A DNA stretch of 64,000 bases from Basidiobolus meristosporus CBS 931.73 (GCA_002104905.1 MCFE01000239.1:1-64000), one strand, 5' to 3'; positions 12,456 to 26,540 are shown, numbered from the stretch's first letter. Notes: generated from the letters alone by a model not told the origin. Program-made: numbers and translations.

Positions 12456-12823
12456 TGTTACAAGTCACAATAAACAAGCTGTAGAGGGATAGAGAATTTA
12501 GCTAGCATTGTATTCACTAAAACTTGAACTGATTTTTATTAAGGTTCTGGCAGCTTCCTATATACATTGTTCCAGATGAATTGCTGACTAATGTATTTCC
12601 TAAGGTAGGTAGTGGCCAATGACCTATTCAATTTCATCATCATTACCCAATCAGATCATACCCAATTTATCTATTACTGCCTGATTAGGATCTGCTGATA
12701 CATCTGCTGACTGGTGCTACTGATTTGTTAGATAGCATGGACATACTCATAGGTTAAGCATAAAACCAATTGATTTGACTGAAGGCTGGTCTAGCTTAAA
12801 TATTCAAGTGTTAGATCATAACA
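12456..12823 (-). mobile_element. Gypsy-A solo LTR
   Basis: Reverse complement of the 22266-22634 LTR. TGTT...AACA ends and 4-bp TSD TATG (12452-55, 12824-27). Confidence 0.85.
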
Positions 12824-13815
12824 TATGGAACTAAACATTCCCTATTAGTGAACAGTGGGAAGCCTGTTCTATTTGATGGCATCTCCAAGCTCTGATGTTG
12901 CCATGGCAGTGGGGATAGTCAGTCAATGCTTGCAGAAATATGAATCTATTCAAGTTGCAGTAGCTGGGTGGATCTTCAGACATCTACAAGGTGCAATAAG
13001 TGTGATACTAGACTACACTGGAGCAGCTAATGGGCAGAATTTGATGCTTATGGTGATTCAGAAATGGGTTGGGATCTGATGGACAGATGCTCCACAACAG
13101 GCTGTGTATTTTATATGCTCTTGCAGTATTCACTTGGAATTGCCAGTGACAACCAACTATGACCCTCTACAACTGAGGCAGATTACATGGCTGCTTGTCA
13201 AGCAGCTGAGGTGGCTATATGGTTACCAAAGATATTTAACAGCTTAGGTTTCAGCTTGAAAGAGCCCACTTGTACTCACAAGAGTGATCCAAGTTGTGTT
13301 TCATTAGCTAGAAATCCTATTAATCATAACACAACTAAGCACATATATAAACAACACCAATATGTGAGGGATGCTGTTGAGGATTGTTCAGTAAAGTGAG
13401 TGTACTCCCCAACTTACCAAATAGTGGCAGATATGCTGACAAAACTGCTGGAAAGGTAACAACTTGAGTATCTCAGAGAGAGATTAGGAGCAAGAAATCA
13501 TTGAGCTGATGGGGAGTTTGAAATCTTGAGCTAACTGATATCATTAACCAGCTAAAAATTTGCATAGCAACTCTGGACTAGTCTTAGTCACTAGAAGACT
13601 CATTTACAGCTCTAATGCTGCTACTTTCTTTCAGATCTATGATGCCATGATTACTCCCCTACAGTCAAGCTGATGTTAGCGCTTCTACCCAACACTATGT
13701 ATTAACCCTGAACATATAGCAGAGTGCTCCTGACTTATGAGCAACTCTCCATGTTTAGTGTTACAGTGGTACTACTTCTAGAATGGTACCAATAATCAGC
13801 TACTTTATGAGTAAG

Positions 13816-16800
13816 TGTTATGATCCAGTGCTTGTATGGCTGAGGCAGTGTTAAGATATATTGCTTGATTGTTCAAGTTAGATTTGTTTTCAGTCATATC
13901 AATTATGAGCATGCTTAGCCTATCAATATATCAGTGTTGTCTATCAAATCAGTAGCATTAGTCAGCAAATGAATTAGCAGATCCTTATCAGACAGGAAAA
14001 GATGTAGTAAGTAGGAATTTATTAGGTGATGATGATGCAATCAAATGACCATCAGCCACAAGCCACATCAGGAATTACCATTAGTCAGCAATTGATCTGG
14101 AAAAAGGCATATAAGAAGCTGCTGGAACCTCAACAACGGTGGGTTAAAGTTTTAGTGAATACAATACTAACTAAACTCCACGCTCCTCTGCAACTCTTAT
14201 ACCAAGACTTGTAGCATTTGTAGCAGTACTAACCAGACACCTCCCGCCTAAAGAATGAAGAACAGCTAATCCAAGAGGCTACAATCACTACCATAGAAGA
14301 CAATCAGATGTAGTGTCAATAGAAATAGATTCTATGCAAAAGAATCCAACCACAAAAGAGTGCTTGAAGAAAGGACTTTGCTTCAATTGCCACCAGCAGG
14401 GACATATTGCAAAGTACAGCCCTCAGAGAGGAAATGGACACAGCCATCAATTACCTTCAATTATATTGAAGCCCTTGCACATAGTAAGACAGAGGATGAG
14501 CTTGAAGAAGAATCAGAACTCAACTTTCATATGACAGTAGAATACCTATCTCAGATGACCACAAACTCAGGAGAGCTATTGTATTTGAATGGAGTAATCA
14601 AAGGGGTATCTGCCAAGATCATCAAACCCACTTCAGTCTCAACAGCTGATGGGAACTCTCACATAATCAACTACATTACTCTGCCAGTAGGATAAAGATG
14701 AATGACCATGAAGAAGACCTACAGGTCTATATATATTTGGGAATTGCTTGTTCAATCTTGTACTTGGAAAAGCTTGGCTTTTTGTTGTAATCCATTGAAC
14801 AACTGGAGAACCTATGCTACTCAGATCCAGAAGGACAACAAAACCTATGAGCTTTTACCTGCCAGATTGGATTTCAACATGGTCAACTCCAGCGTGACCA
14901 ACACAGGAGTAACCTTAGACCCAGGGAAGGTTGAAGTTATCAAGAATCTGAAGTAGCCCCATAGCATATCAGAACTCTGATCATTCCTTGGAATGGTTTC
15001 CTATTATCAGACATTTGTCAAGTCCTTTGCAAGTATTGCATCCCCTGTAACTGATAACTTCAAGAAAGACAACACATATAAGTGGAACAAAGCTTGTGAG
15101 ACTGCCTTCCAGATGCCTAAGAATGAACTTGCCAAGCTTGAGAATACCTGACTTCAGAAAAGAGATTACTCTGTGCACAGATGCTTCAGATTATGCAGTT
15201 GCTTCAGTTTATGTAATTGGTGAAGTGCTGAGCCAAGAACACAAGGGAAACAACTACCCAGTTGCCTTGGAATCCAAGAAACTGAAATTAGCAGAACAAA
15301 ACTATCCACTGCATGAGAAGGAGATGCTTGCAATACTACACTGCCTGATGACATAGAGATACTTTATTGAAGGAGTAAAAATTACTGTGAAGACTGATCA
15401 TGCCTCCTGCAAGTATATACTTACTTGGAAGGTACACTCTAGAATAGATGACAAGATGGAGTGAATACATTTGGCAACTTGATTTGGAGTTTTTCTACTC
15501 CCCTGGGAAAAACAAGATGATTGCTGATGCCTTATCAAGATTAGAACAAGTTACACAACTCAACTTGGTGCATGAATCAGGTTGGCCTAGCCTATTACCA
15601 AAGTACTTGAAGGACCGAGCCATTTATAATGAGGTGGATGAAGCAATCAAGAAGATAATCCAGGATGAAGCCAGCAAATATGTGGTACAGGATGAAACAC
15701 TCTACCAAATTGTTGACGGAAACCCTTTGCCTATTACTCTTATATTGCTTGCCTGGATTCCATACTTAAGCTACACAATGGATTTGGACATCTGGAACTG
15801 AAGGAACCTGTAGTCTTGTGAAAGCCAGAGCAAGGTGGCCTAGAATGAAACAAGACATTAAGAAGCTAGTGAAAACATGGCCAATTTGCCATAACAACCA
15901 AGGCCACCACAGAGAATTGCTGAACTCTTTACCTTTTAGCCTATAAGACCATTTGAAAGATGGGGAATTGACTTTATTGGTAAACATCCAACTACCAGGA
16001 AATGCAACTGCTGGATCCTAGTAGCAATTGACCATGCCACCAAATGGCCAGCCGCTAAAGTAGCACCTGTAGCCAGTGAATAAGAAGTTGCAAGTTTCAT
16101 CTAGCATGAGATCCTGATTAAGCTTAGATACCATGTAGAGATCTTATCCATTAGAGGGGCAAGCTTTATGGCAAAGGTATTGGAAGCTTCCCTGGAAATG
16201 CAGTACACCAGACACTTAAAAACCTCAGCAAATCATCTTAGAACTAATGGAGACATTAAGCAATTTGATTGATCATTTGGAATATTGTCATCAAGTATGC
16301 AAATAAAGCTGTCAGTAGTGCTGTAATTATTGAGTTGTCACCTATATATTCATTCTAACTTAGTCACTTATATTATACTGTGATTAGCATTCTGTCCTGA
16401 CCAGATTTCTTGTTGGGACTTACTTGGAATATTTTCACCAAATTGTCAGGTACCCCAATTATTATTTTTCTCAAAGTTGTCCAAAAGACCCCAAACTTTG
16501 CACACATACTCGTGGGACTTTCCTTAACAGACTCTAAACATTTGCTTCCTCTACTTTATCAAAAGTATAAATACCATACTTTTGATCAATAACTCTACAA
16601 GTGAATAACATGTAAATCCTCTAGTTCTTCACATCACTTGCAATACTCCTCAGAATATTGCAACAAGTAGAAGGGATGAGTATATAGACCAAGCACTTTT
16701 TGCATGCAGAGTTAGAATACACAACACTACCCAACAGTTGCCATTTTACTTATTGTATGGATGTGAACCAAGGATTCCAGGAGATCTCACACAACCAAAG

Positions 16801-17573
16801 CTCACATATGCCTTACAAGATGAACTCAGTCTGCCAAGTAGACACCAGCAGCTGGAACAAACGCATCAAGTGGCACAGGTCAAAGTGTCTCAAGGTGCAG
16901 AAAACATGCAGCCAAGATTTGATAATACTATATTACCAGAATCTTTGACATATGGAAACTTTGCATTGCTGAGAAACAATCCTTGTAACATGTTTGAGCC
17001 ACAAAGGACTGGACCTTTTAATACCATCAGAGAATGTTCATTTGTAACTTACCAACTGGTGCACAAACTAAGTAATATCTGGGAAGATTCAGTTCAAGGA
17101 GATAAACTCAGGCTTGCAAGACTTGCCCACAATACTGAATCATCAAGATATTGGTGTCAAAAGAAAAGAGATTCAGGAGAAACCTCTCATTCTCAGTAGG
17201 GGAGAATGCTATGATCTACCGCTTGAATACTAAGTTAGATCAGTATTTAGTCAAATCAATTAGTTATATGTTTGGCTTATTGGTATGTCAGTATTATCTA
17301 TCAGATCAGTAGTATTAGTTAGCAAATGAATTAGCAGATCCTATCAGACAGAAATAGATATATTAAGTAGGATCTTATTGAGTGATGATGACGTAATCAA
17401 ATAAGTCATCAGCCACAACCTATATTAAGAAAGACAATTAGTCAGCAATTGATCTAGCAAAGTATACATAAGCAGCTACTGGAACCTTAACAAAGATCAG
17501 TTCAAGTTTCAGCAAATACAATACTAGCAAAACTCCCTACTCCTCTACAACTCTTACATTCAGACTTGTACTA
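13816..17573 (+). mobile_element. Ty3/gypsy family A copy 1, internally deleted (most of gag and RT missing)
   Basis: LTRs at 13816-14216 and 17207-17573, PPT AGTAGGGGAGAA. Zn knuckle CFNCHQQGHIAKY, RNase H TDASDYA and integrase remnants. Flanks TAAG/CAAG (probable 4-bp TSD with one transition). Confidence 0.85.
16319..16665 (+). mobile_element. Diverged copia-B-family solo LTR in gypsy-A1 integrase
   Basis: Similar to the copia-B LTR. 5-bp TSD AGTAG at 16314-18 and 16666-70. Confidence 0.85.
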
Positions 17574-17647
17574 CAAGCAACAATTAAACTATAAAAACTC
17601 ATTCTTGCTAAGTTCCTTGTATCCAAAATACCTCTTAAATTGCAACA

Positions 17648-18190
17648 ATATTATCATTGTAATGCTGGTGGAGGTTTGCAACAAGGTTTTTGAAGCACCA
17701 TTAGGTTTATTGCCCCAAAGGTAATTGGATGTATTGGCGCAATACGTCTGCTGAAATAAGTGATAATGTATGAAGACCATTAAAATCCCAAGGAATACTT
17801 GCAAAAAGACCTTCTAGACACTGTCAAGTTTTTTCCTTTATTTGGCAGCAAAACTAAGATAATGCAATCACAACACTTGCCATAAGACTGTTTGGGGGGT
17901 CAATAACTCCAAGCTGCCAGTGTTATAATAGCATATTGTGGGATCTTAATAGCTGATCTGGATTGAATCCACACACATCATCAAATCACTTTTCAAATGA
18001 TTGGCAAAGTACTAAAAAGTATTTTGCAGATCAGCATGTAGTGTTCATGGCAAAAGTTGCAGCAACCAAGCATATGCTTCCAAGAAGTATATTCTATCAG
18101 AAGTATAAGGTGTGTGGGAGCATTGCAAGTTTGACACCAAAAGCAGTTGCAAGTATTGGCTGGTTGGGTTTGTTGCAATTCAAGAAGTAT
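17648..18190 (+). mobile_element. Rearranged CACTA 3'-region relics
   Basis: Similar to 10890-11230, followed by a piece similar to 10500-10640 (order permuted). Confidence 0.55.
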
Positions 18191-18199
18191 TTGAATTCT

Positions 18200-21100
18200 T
18201 AGCCAGCAGCAACAAGGAATGACTACCATGCCCCAAAGCCAGCAAAACCTTGTCAAGAGCAACTTCAGTGTGAAGGTCAACCAGTACCATGGTGGAGTCA
18301 ATAAAAACCTGGGAACCTGGCTCTTCCAGATTGAAGAAGCTTTCAAGGCTGAGGGAATTGCTCCAGGAAGCAAGTTATATTATGCAGCCTCTTACCTGGC
18401 AGATGCAGGTTTACAGTGGTACCACAACAAGATCAGGTCAGCCACCATGATGAGATGCTCTACAATCTCTACCTGGGATGAGTTTGTGTTGGAAATTCAG
18501 GCTGCCTTTGAGCCCCCACACCAACAGACACTACTAAAAAGAAAGTAGAAGACACTCAGACAGAAAGCAATGGTCTAAGAGTACATCTATAAATATAGAT
18601 GTCTATTTGGACAAGTTGGAAGAACGGACCCTCTGAATCAAGTTGAGTACTTTGTTGATGGGTTGAAAGAAAGAACTTGTAAGGAAGTGAATTATCAAAG
18701 ATCTCAGACTATTAAAGAAGCCATCAAGATTGCCATTGACTATGACTTAGCTATGTTTGGAGTTGGAATGCCCACTAAGACTAATCAGAGAGGCTACATT
18801 CACTATGAAAGAAGACAATCAGAAGCAGTGCCAATGGAAATAGATGCTATGAGGAAGAATCCTACCTCAGTAGAATGCAAGAAGAAAGGACTTTGTTTCA
18901 ATTGCTACCAGCAGGTACATATTGCCAGGTACTGCCCTCAGAGAAGAATTTGACACCAGCCATCAAGAGCCTTTAACCAAATTGAGGCCCTGGAGCATAG
19001 TAACAAGGAGGATGAATTCAAAGAAGACTCAGAACTTACCTTCTATATGACAGAAGAATATCTATCACAGATGACCTCAAACTCAGGGAAGCTATTATAC
19101 TTGAATGGAGTAATCAATGGAGTACCTGCCAAGATCATGGTTGACTCCAGAGCATTGCATGGGTACATGTCAGAGCAATTTGCTTTGAAAGCTGGAATCA
19201 GCTCAGAACCCACCAAATAAACTTCAGTCTCAGCAGCTGATGGGAACTCTCACATAATCAACCATATTACACAGCCAGTAAGGATGAAGATCAATGACTA
19301 TGAAGAAGACCTACAGGCCTTTATATTTGGGCACTGTAAGTTTGACCTTGTGCTTGGGAAAACCTGGCTATTTTGTTGTAATCCATCAATCAATTGGAGA
19401 ACCCATGCTACTCAGATCCAGAAGGACAACAAGACCTATGAGCTATTACCTGCCAGACCAGATTTTAATTTGGTCAATTCCAGTGTGTGTGGAATAAGTG
19501 AACTTAGCAAGACACAGTTCTATAGAGCACTAAGAAAAGGCACCCAGATGCTCCTCATGGCAGTATTACAGGAGGATACCTCTACTCCAGTACCCCAGAA
19601 GGTCCAGACTCTTCTGAAGGAATATTCAGACGTATTTCCAGATGAGCTTCTAAGCCTACCACCTGTCAGAGATGTACATCATGCCATTGAAGCAGGAGAT
19701 AGCCCTCCAGTGAGTAAGACACCTTATGGAGCGAGTCCATTGGAGTTGGAAGAGATGAAGAGACAAATAGTTCAGTTACTGGAGCAAGGATATATCTGAC
19801 CCAGTATGTCATCTTGGGAGTGCCAGTACTATTTGTGAAGAAGAAGAATGGAACACTTGGGATGTGCATGGACTACAGAGCCCTCAATTTGGTTACCATG
19901 AAGAATAAGTACACTGTACCTTGGATTGATGAGCTTTTGGGCCAACTCAATGGAGCCACTATTTTCAGCAAGATTGACCTCATGTCAGGATACAACCAGA
20001 TTAGGTTGAAGCCAGAAGACATCCCTAAGACAGCATTCAGGACCAGATATGGACATTACAAGTACTTAGTCATGAGTTTTGGCCCCACCAATGCCCCTGC
20101 AACATTTGTGACCCTGATGCAGACTGTCTTCCAGGAGTACTTAGACAAGTTTGTGATAATTGACCTAGATGATATATTGATATACAGCAAGACAGAAGAG
20201 GATCACTTGGTGCACATTGAAAAGGTCTTGAAGAAGCTAAAAGAGAACAAGCTTTATGGCAAGCTACCCAAGTGTGAATTCTTCAAGGAACCCAGTGAAT
20301 ATCTGAGACACATAGTGACTAGCACAGGAGTAACCTTAGACCCTAAGAAGGTTGAAGTTATCAAGAATCTGAAGCAGCCTATAGCATATCGGAGCTGAGA
20401 TCATTCCTTGGAATGGTTTCCTATTATTGGAGATTTGTCAAGTCCTTTGCAAGTATTGCAGCCCCTTTAACTGATATCCTCAAGAAAGACAACACATATA
20501 AGTGGAGCAAGGCTTGTGAGACTGCCTTCCAGATGCCTAAGAATGAACTTGCTAAGCTGCCAAGCTTGAGAATACCTGACTTCAGAAAAGAGATTACTCT
20601 GTGCACAGATGCTTCAGATTATGCAGTTGGTTGGGTGTTGAGCCATGCACACAAGGGAAATGACTATCATGTTGCCATTGAATCCAAGAAAATGAACTCA
20701 GCAGAACAAACCTATCCAATGCATGAGAAGGAGATGCTTGCTATAATACACTGTTTGAAGACATGGAGATGCTATATTGAAGGAGTCAAATGTACTGTGA
20801 AGACTAATAATGCCTCCCTCAAGTATATATTTACTCAGAAGGTACACTCTAGAAGAATGACAAGATGGAGCAAGTACATTCAGCAACTTGACTTGGAGAT
20901 TGTCTACTGCCCTGAAAAAAACAACACAGTTGCTGATGCCTTATCAAGATTAGAACAAGTTGCACAACTCAACTTGGTGCATGAATCTGATTGGCCTAGC
21001 CTATTACCAAAGTGCTTGGAGGATCAAGTCATTCCTAATGAGGTGGATGAAGATATCCAGAAGCTAATCCGGGATGAAGCCAGCCAATTTGTAGTACAGG

Positions 21101-22634
21101 ATGAAACACTCTACCAAATTGTTGATGAAAACCCTATTGCCTACTGCCCTTATGCTTCTTGCCTGGATTTAATACATAGGCTACACAATGGATACAAACA
21201 TCTTGGAATAGAAGGAACCTATAGCCTTATGAAAGTCAGAGCATGGTGGCCCAGAATGAAACATAACATTGTGAAGCTAGTGAAAACATGCCCAAATTGC
21301 CAAATCAACCAAGGCCAACCACAGAAAATTGCTGAACTCTTTCCTTTGGAGCCTGTAAGACCAATTGAAAGATGGGGAATTGACTTCATTGGAAGACTGC
21401 CAACCACCAGGAAATGCAACTGTTTGATCCTAGCAGCAATTGACCATGCCACTAAATGGCCAGTGGCTAAAGCTGTACCTATAGCTAGTGAACAAGAAGT
21501 TGCAAGTTTCATCTACCATGAGATCCTTATGAAGTTTGGATGCCCTGCAGAGATTTTATCTAATAGAGGTGCAAACTTTATGGCAAGACATTGGAAGCTT
21601 ACCTGGAAATGCAGCAGATCAAACACTTGAAAACCTTGGCATATCACCCCAGAACTAATGCAGTCACTGAATGATTTAATGGATTATTTTGAAAAATGCT
21701 GACCAAGTTTGCAAAATGAGTTGTTGGTAGATGGGATGAGTATATAGACCAAGCATTCTTTGCATGCTGAGTCAGGGTACACAACACCACCCATCAATCA
21801 CCATTTAACTTAGTGTATGGATGTGAACCAAGGATTCCAGGAGATCTCACCCAACCAAAGCTTACAGACACCTTAGAAGATGAACTCCGTCAGCCAAGTA
21901 AACACCAGCAAATGGAACAAAGATGTCAAGAGGCACAGACCAAAGTATCTCAAAGAGCAGAAAAGATGAAGCAGAGATTTGATAAGACTATAGCACCAGA
22001 AGCATTGACAGTTGGGAACTTTGTATTGCTAAGAAGCACCACTTGGCAGAAGTTTGAGCCACAATGGACAGGACCATTCAAGATCATCAGAGAATGTTCA
22101 TTTGCAACTTACCAGCTAGTGGACAAACAAGGCAATATTTGGGAAGACTTGGTGCATAGGGACAGACTCAGGCTTGCAAGACTTGCTGATAACACTGAAC
22201 CATCAAGATATTGGTATTACTCAAAAGAGATTCAGGAGTGCCCTCTCAACTTTAGTAGGGGAGAATGTTATGATCTGTCACTTGAATGCTTAGGTTAGAT
22301 CAATTTTTAGTCAAATCAATTAGTTATATGTTTAACTTACCAGTATACCAGTATTATCTCTCAGATCAGTAGCATTAGTCAGCAAATGAATTAGCAGATC
22401 CTTATCAGACAGCAATAGATATATTAAGTAGGATCTTATTGGGTGATGGTGATGCAATCAAATGAGTCATCAGCCATAGCCTACATTAGGAAATACAGTT
22501 AGTCAGCAATTGATCTGGCAAAATGTATATAAGGAGCTGCTGGAACCTCAATAAAGATCAGTTCAGGCTTTAGTGAATACACTACTAGCTAAACTCCCTA
22601 TTCTTCTACAACTCTTATACCAAGATTTGTAACA
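18200..22634 (+). mobile_element. Ty3/gypsy family A copy 2 (no 5' LTR): gag-PR-RT-RH-IN pseudogene and 3' LTR at 22266-22634
   Basis: Gag CCHC knuckle, RT motifs DYRALN/DLMSGYNQI/FGPTNAPATF/DLDDIL, RNase H TDASDYA, integrase WGIDFIG and GPF. No chromodomain seen. Confidence 0.92.
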
Positions 22635-22639
22635 TTTCC

Positions 22640-24025
22640 ATCAGTGCCAATTGAATATTTGATTTAGTGGGCAAAGGAACCATCCAAGTAAACTTCCAAT
22701 GTTGTGAAGGAAGCCTGACATTTATCTCCAAAGAGGTACTCTATTTACCAGAAGTAGCCAGGAACCTTGTGTTTGAATACAAGATCACAGCAGAAGGATT
22801 TTGCTTCACTGTCAGCAATTTGGGGTGCAGGATCACTAATCAAAATGATGCCCTTATTGCTTTAGGTACTGGAGATCAGAATCTGTACAAATTAATGTAT
22901 ATTCCATCATATCTGGAAGCCACAATTGGTAACCTCAATGAAGAAACATCAAAGCATTGGCACAGGATTAAATTTTGTTGGATGTGCTAAATGATTGAAT
23001 AGAAGCTAATTTCTGGTGTCAAAGTTGATCCCCAAGCTGATTGGAGGCACTGTGAAGCCTGCATTTCTGGGAAAATGCCTAATAACTGCACAAGAGCTCT
23101 GGGATAATCTTAGCTAAGAAAAATCAGATCTAGCATATTCAGATATGTTTGGACCTATGCAAGCATATACTTGGGTGGCAAAAGTATTTGATCACTTCAT
23201 TGTTTATTATACCAGATATATGTGGATATACTTCAGAGAAAGACAAGAATAGGCTCTTTCTAAGCTCAGGCATTTTAAAGCAATGGTGGACACAGAAACT
23301 GGTGAGAGAATTCAGAAAATATGCTTCAACAATAGTAGAGAGTATTCCTCCAAACTCATCTTTGCCTTCTGTAAAACACATGGGACAAAGCAAGAGACAC
23401 ATGTGTTAAACTCCCCATAACAAAAGGGAGTAGTAAAATGTGTAAACATTTTAATAACGGGTAAGACAAGACCTATCATGCATGATCAAAATTATCCCAT
23501 AATTTCTGGGTAAAATTAATTATCACTGCTGTATACCTTACAGGTTGCAGTAATAACAGATTACTTGGTGACTTTGCTTCACTCAAGGAATGTCAAGGAG
23601 TTATACCAAGTGCATAATGCCTAGTAGAGCTTAAGTGTTCACCATATGCCAAGGAACTGCCCAAAAACCAGACACAACTTGAGCTAAAAAAGTGTAAAAT
23701 GCCTCTGTTTAGGCTACTGCAATGAGAGTTAAGCATACAGACTCTATAATACCATATCAAAGAAGCTGATCAAGCTCAGGGATGTGCTGTTGAACAAATC
23801 GAAATTTTTGAAAATATCATATCAGATGATGACAAGAATCTGATATCAAGTTTGTCAGTAATTATGACCAAGTCATAGGAACAAATGAGGTTTTTTCACT
23901 CCAAAAGATCCTTAAAGCATGGGTTGGCCTGAATAGGTGCCCAGGGAAGTCCCAGATGTGATCATCCCAGTATTACAAACCAGGAAATCCAACTGGTCAA
24001 CAAATAGCCCAAATTACTATATCAA
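22640..24025 (+). pseudogene. Heavily decayed copia-B pol fragment (protease to integrase)
   Basis: Colinear with ~44705-46090 (GEGTIQVN, HCEAC, GYCNES region). Confidence 0.8.
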
Positions 24026-24720
24026 GTGTGTGCATTTTGTCCTGTAAAGATATAACTTGTCCCACTAATGGCAATGATTATTTAAGTCAATACACCAAAT
24101 ATAGCTGTTCCAACAAAGATAAGCTTGTCTACAAGTGTTAAGTCTGCAACTACATCCGTACTCCACATACCAGCATTCCCGTGTATGCCCACCTCATTCA
24201 ACATCAGCAGCCCTTTGACCCAAATGGTATAATTTACCACTGCCATAAAAACTCCAAATCTAGTCTTGTTGCACTCTGCAAAATTGTTGTGTTAAATCTC
24301 ACCAAGATAAGCTGCAAATTAACAGCAATGCCAGCACCACCAAAGGTATTATCACAGAACTTAGACAGGAATCAATCTGACTTAGCCCCTGTCCTTGCTC
24401 TCCCCTCTTTTTAAAAAACACACCCACTGCAACCCAACTCCCCATCCTGGCACTCCTTTTATTTTACCTACATTTAACACTCAACTTGAGTTATTATATT
24501 TCCTTACCACCATTTCAAAAAAAATACAAACAATTTTGTATGTGCCAAAGCTCTTTGTTTTGCAATTGATACCAATCAATGTTTTACAATTTGCCATTCA
24601 CTCATCCACTTACCACAGCAATCATATCAAAACTATGCAAAGACTACTTTTCTTAGCTTATCTGTTATTTACAACATGCTATAAACATTGCCAAGCTATC
24701 CCTTATTTACAACCTGTAAG

Positions 24721-25456
24721 TAGACTTGTTCCATTGGATAGTGCCACATTGAGCCATGAGTGCCAAATGATGCCATAGTGTGCCAGAGAGGCCAAATGAG
24801 CCTCTACCTGGCCACAGAGTGTGAAACATAGCTTGGCATCTTCATGCAAAGCAGCCCCTGTGTTTCACCCATTGTGTTGGAGAAAATCCGTTTTTTGACC
24901 TTTTTTTTTGGATCAATGTTGTGCAGGATGTGTTAGAGCACAAGCAGATTGAAGATATGCATCTGGTACTCAATACCCATGGCACTCTGAATCTTGCTCC
25001 TGTAGCTTGTATCATGTTGCAGAAATGAATGGCACTATCTTGGTCCACTGGTTCTATCTGGCACTATAAGTGCTTTTTATAGAACTTACTTTAGGGCTAA
25101 AATTTAAATATAGTGCCAGATAGTACCAGTGGACCAAGATAGTGCCATTCATTTTTGTGACATGATACAAGCTACAGGAGCTTGATTCAGAGTGCCATGG
25201 GTATTGGGTACCAGATGCATATCTTCAGTTCTCATGTGCTCTTGCGCATCCTGAGCTACATTGATCCACAAAAAAAGGTCAAAAAATGAATTTTCTTCTG
25301 CGCAATGGGTGAAACACAGGGGCTGCTTTGCATGAAGATGCGGAGCTATGTTTTGCACTCTGTGGCCAAGTATAGGCTCACTTGACCTCTCTGGCACACT
25401 ATGGCATCATTTGGTACTCATGGCTCAATGTGGCACTATTCAACGGAACAAGTCTA
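24721..25456. mobile_element. 736-bp foldback MITE: two 348-bp inverted arms and a 40-bp spacer
   Basis: Arms 24721-25068 and 25109-25456 are reverse complements (roughly 90% by eye). Termini TAGACTTGTTCC / GGAACAAGTCTA. Confidence 0.92.
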
Positions 25457-25727
25457 ATAGCTTATGCAAATTTTGCCAAGTTACAGCCCATTATAGACTT
25501 ATACAAAATCCCCCCTATTTACCACACATTGTGAACCTATGCATGTAGTCCTACTTCCAACACCCCTTTTTCAAATACCTGCACTTACAACTCAATTAAA
25601 TATCCCCCTTCTTCTTACTGGCAGCCTCTTGAGCCTCTTTGTTTGGTGCCGCTAGTTTTATCCTCCCTATCTCCCATTCTTTGTCCATTGCTCTCCTATG
25701 CCTAGGCATTTCTGTATACTCATATAC

Positions 25728-26240
25728 TAGACTTGTTCCATTGTACCATTCCAGGGCACGCGGCGCAATCCATGGTCATTAAGAACAATTGGGTGTAATA
25801 TTGTAGTTACCAGTAGGCAGGATCACTCTTGGACAATTTTGCACCATGTGGGACAATCTTGCACACTATGGCACAATCTGACTCAATGAGGTTGGCACAA
25901 ATGATTGCACCCACTTGTAATGTTTGCATCATGTGCGTGATTGGATACCGCTATTATGGTAGGTAAAATCTGGTATTTGGATATGTTTCTTTAATATAAA
26001 TGGAAATAAATGAGTATCACACTATAAACTACACTGATACTTACCATATTGGTTACCATCACTCCAATTGGATGGTATCTCAGTGGTTAATGGACCAAAA
26101 CTATCCTGAAGCTTTTAGCCCCCAATTGGCTCTTTGACCAGTACACAAGCTACCTGACCTGCCATCAAATATCCCATTTTGCCCATTAAGCAAGTAAATC
26201 CTTGATTCTAGTGATTGGTCAAGGTGTCAAAGCTAGCACG
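25728..26240 (+). mobile_element. Terminal ~510-bp fragment of the IS5/ISL2EU-like element
   Basis: Reverse complement of ~5565-6079. Confidence 0.88.
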
Positions 26241-26540
26241 CTGTTGTGCATCAACATTTAAAACTTAGCCAATTTTACTCTATTTGAAAATCTAGTACCC
26301 TAACTGATTTTCCCTAACCCAAAAATAACAAATCCCAGTTACAGTTTATTTTATCCCACCTCAGAATCTATTTTTAGCTATCACACCTGATCTATTTTCA
26401 AATGGTCATTACGTTATCAACCTATCTGCCAAGCCTTCCCAGGTGATTAGTCATCTGAGATCTATCCAACCATGGTGCAGTTGCCAAGACATCAGTTGAT
26501 TGATGATGTAATTTTCATTTATCTTATGCACCTATGAACA

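Larger units (their letters stand above)
11235..17647 (+). mobile_element. Older copia-A-like element: 3' half of pol plus 3' LTR, split by gypsy-A insertions
   Basis: Degenerate integrase/RT/RNase H at 11235-13500. LTR starts ~13517 and is completed at 17574-17647 after the gypsy-A1 insertion. Confidence 0.75.

Noticed and set aside
14217-14235. Gypsy-A primer binding site
   Set aside because: TTTGTAGCAGTAC is too degenerate to assign a primer.
26242-26540. Possible ~300-bp solo LTR (TGTT...AACA)
   Set aside because: No TSD and no second copy in the window, so termini alone are insufficient.
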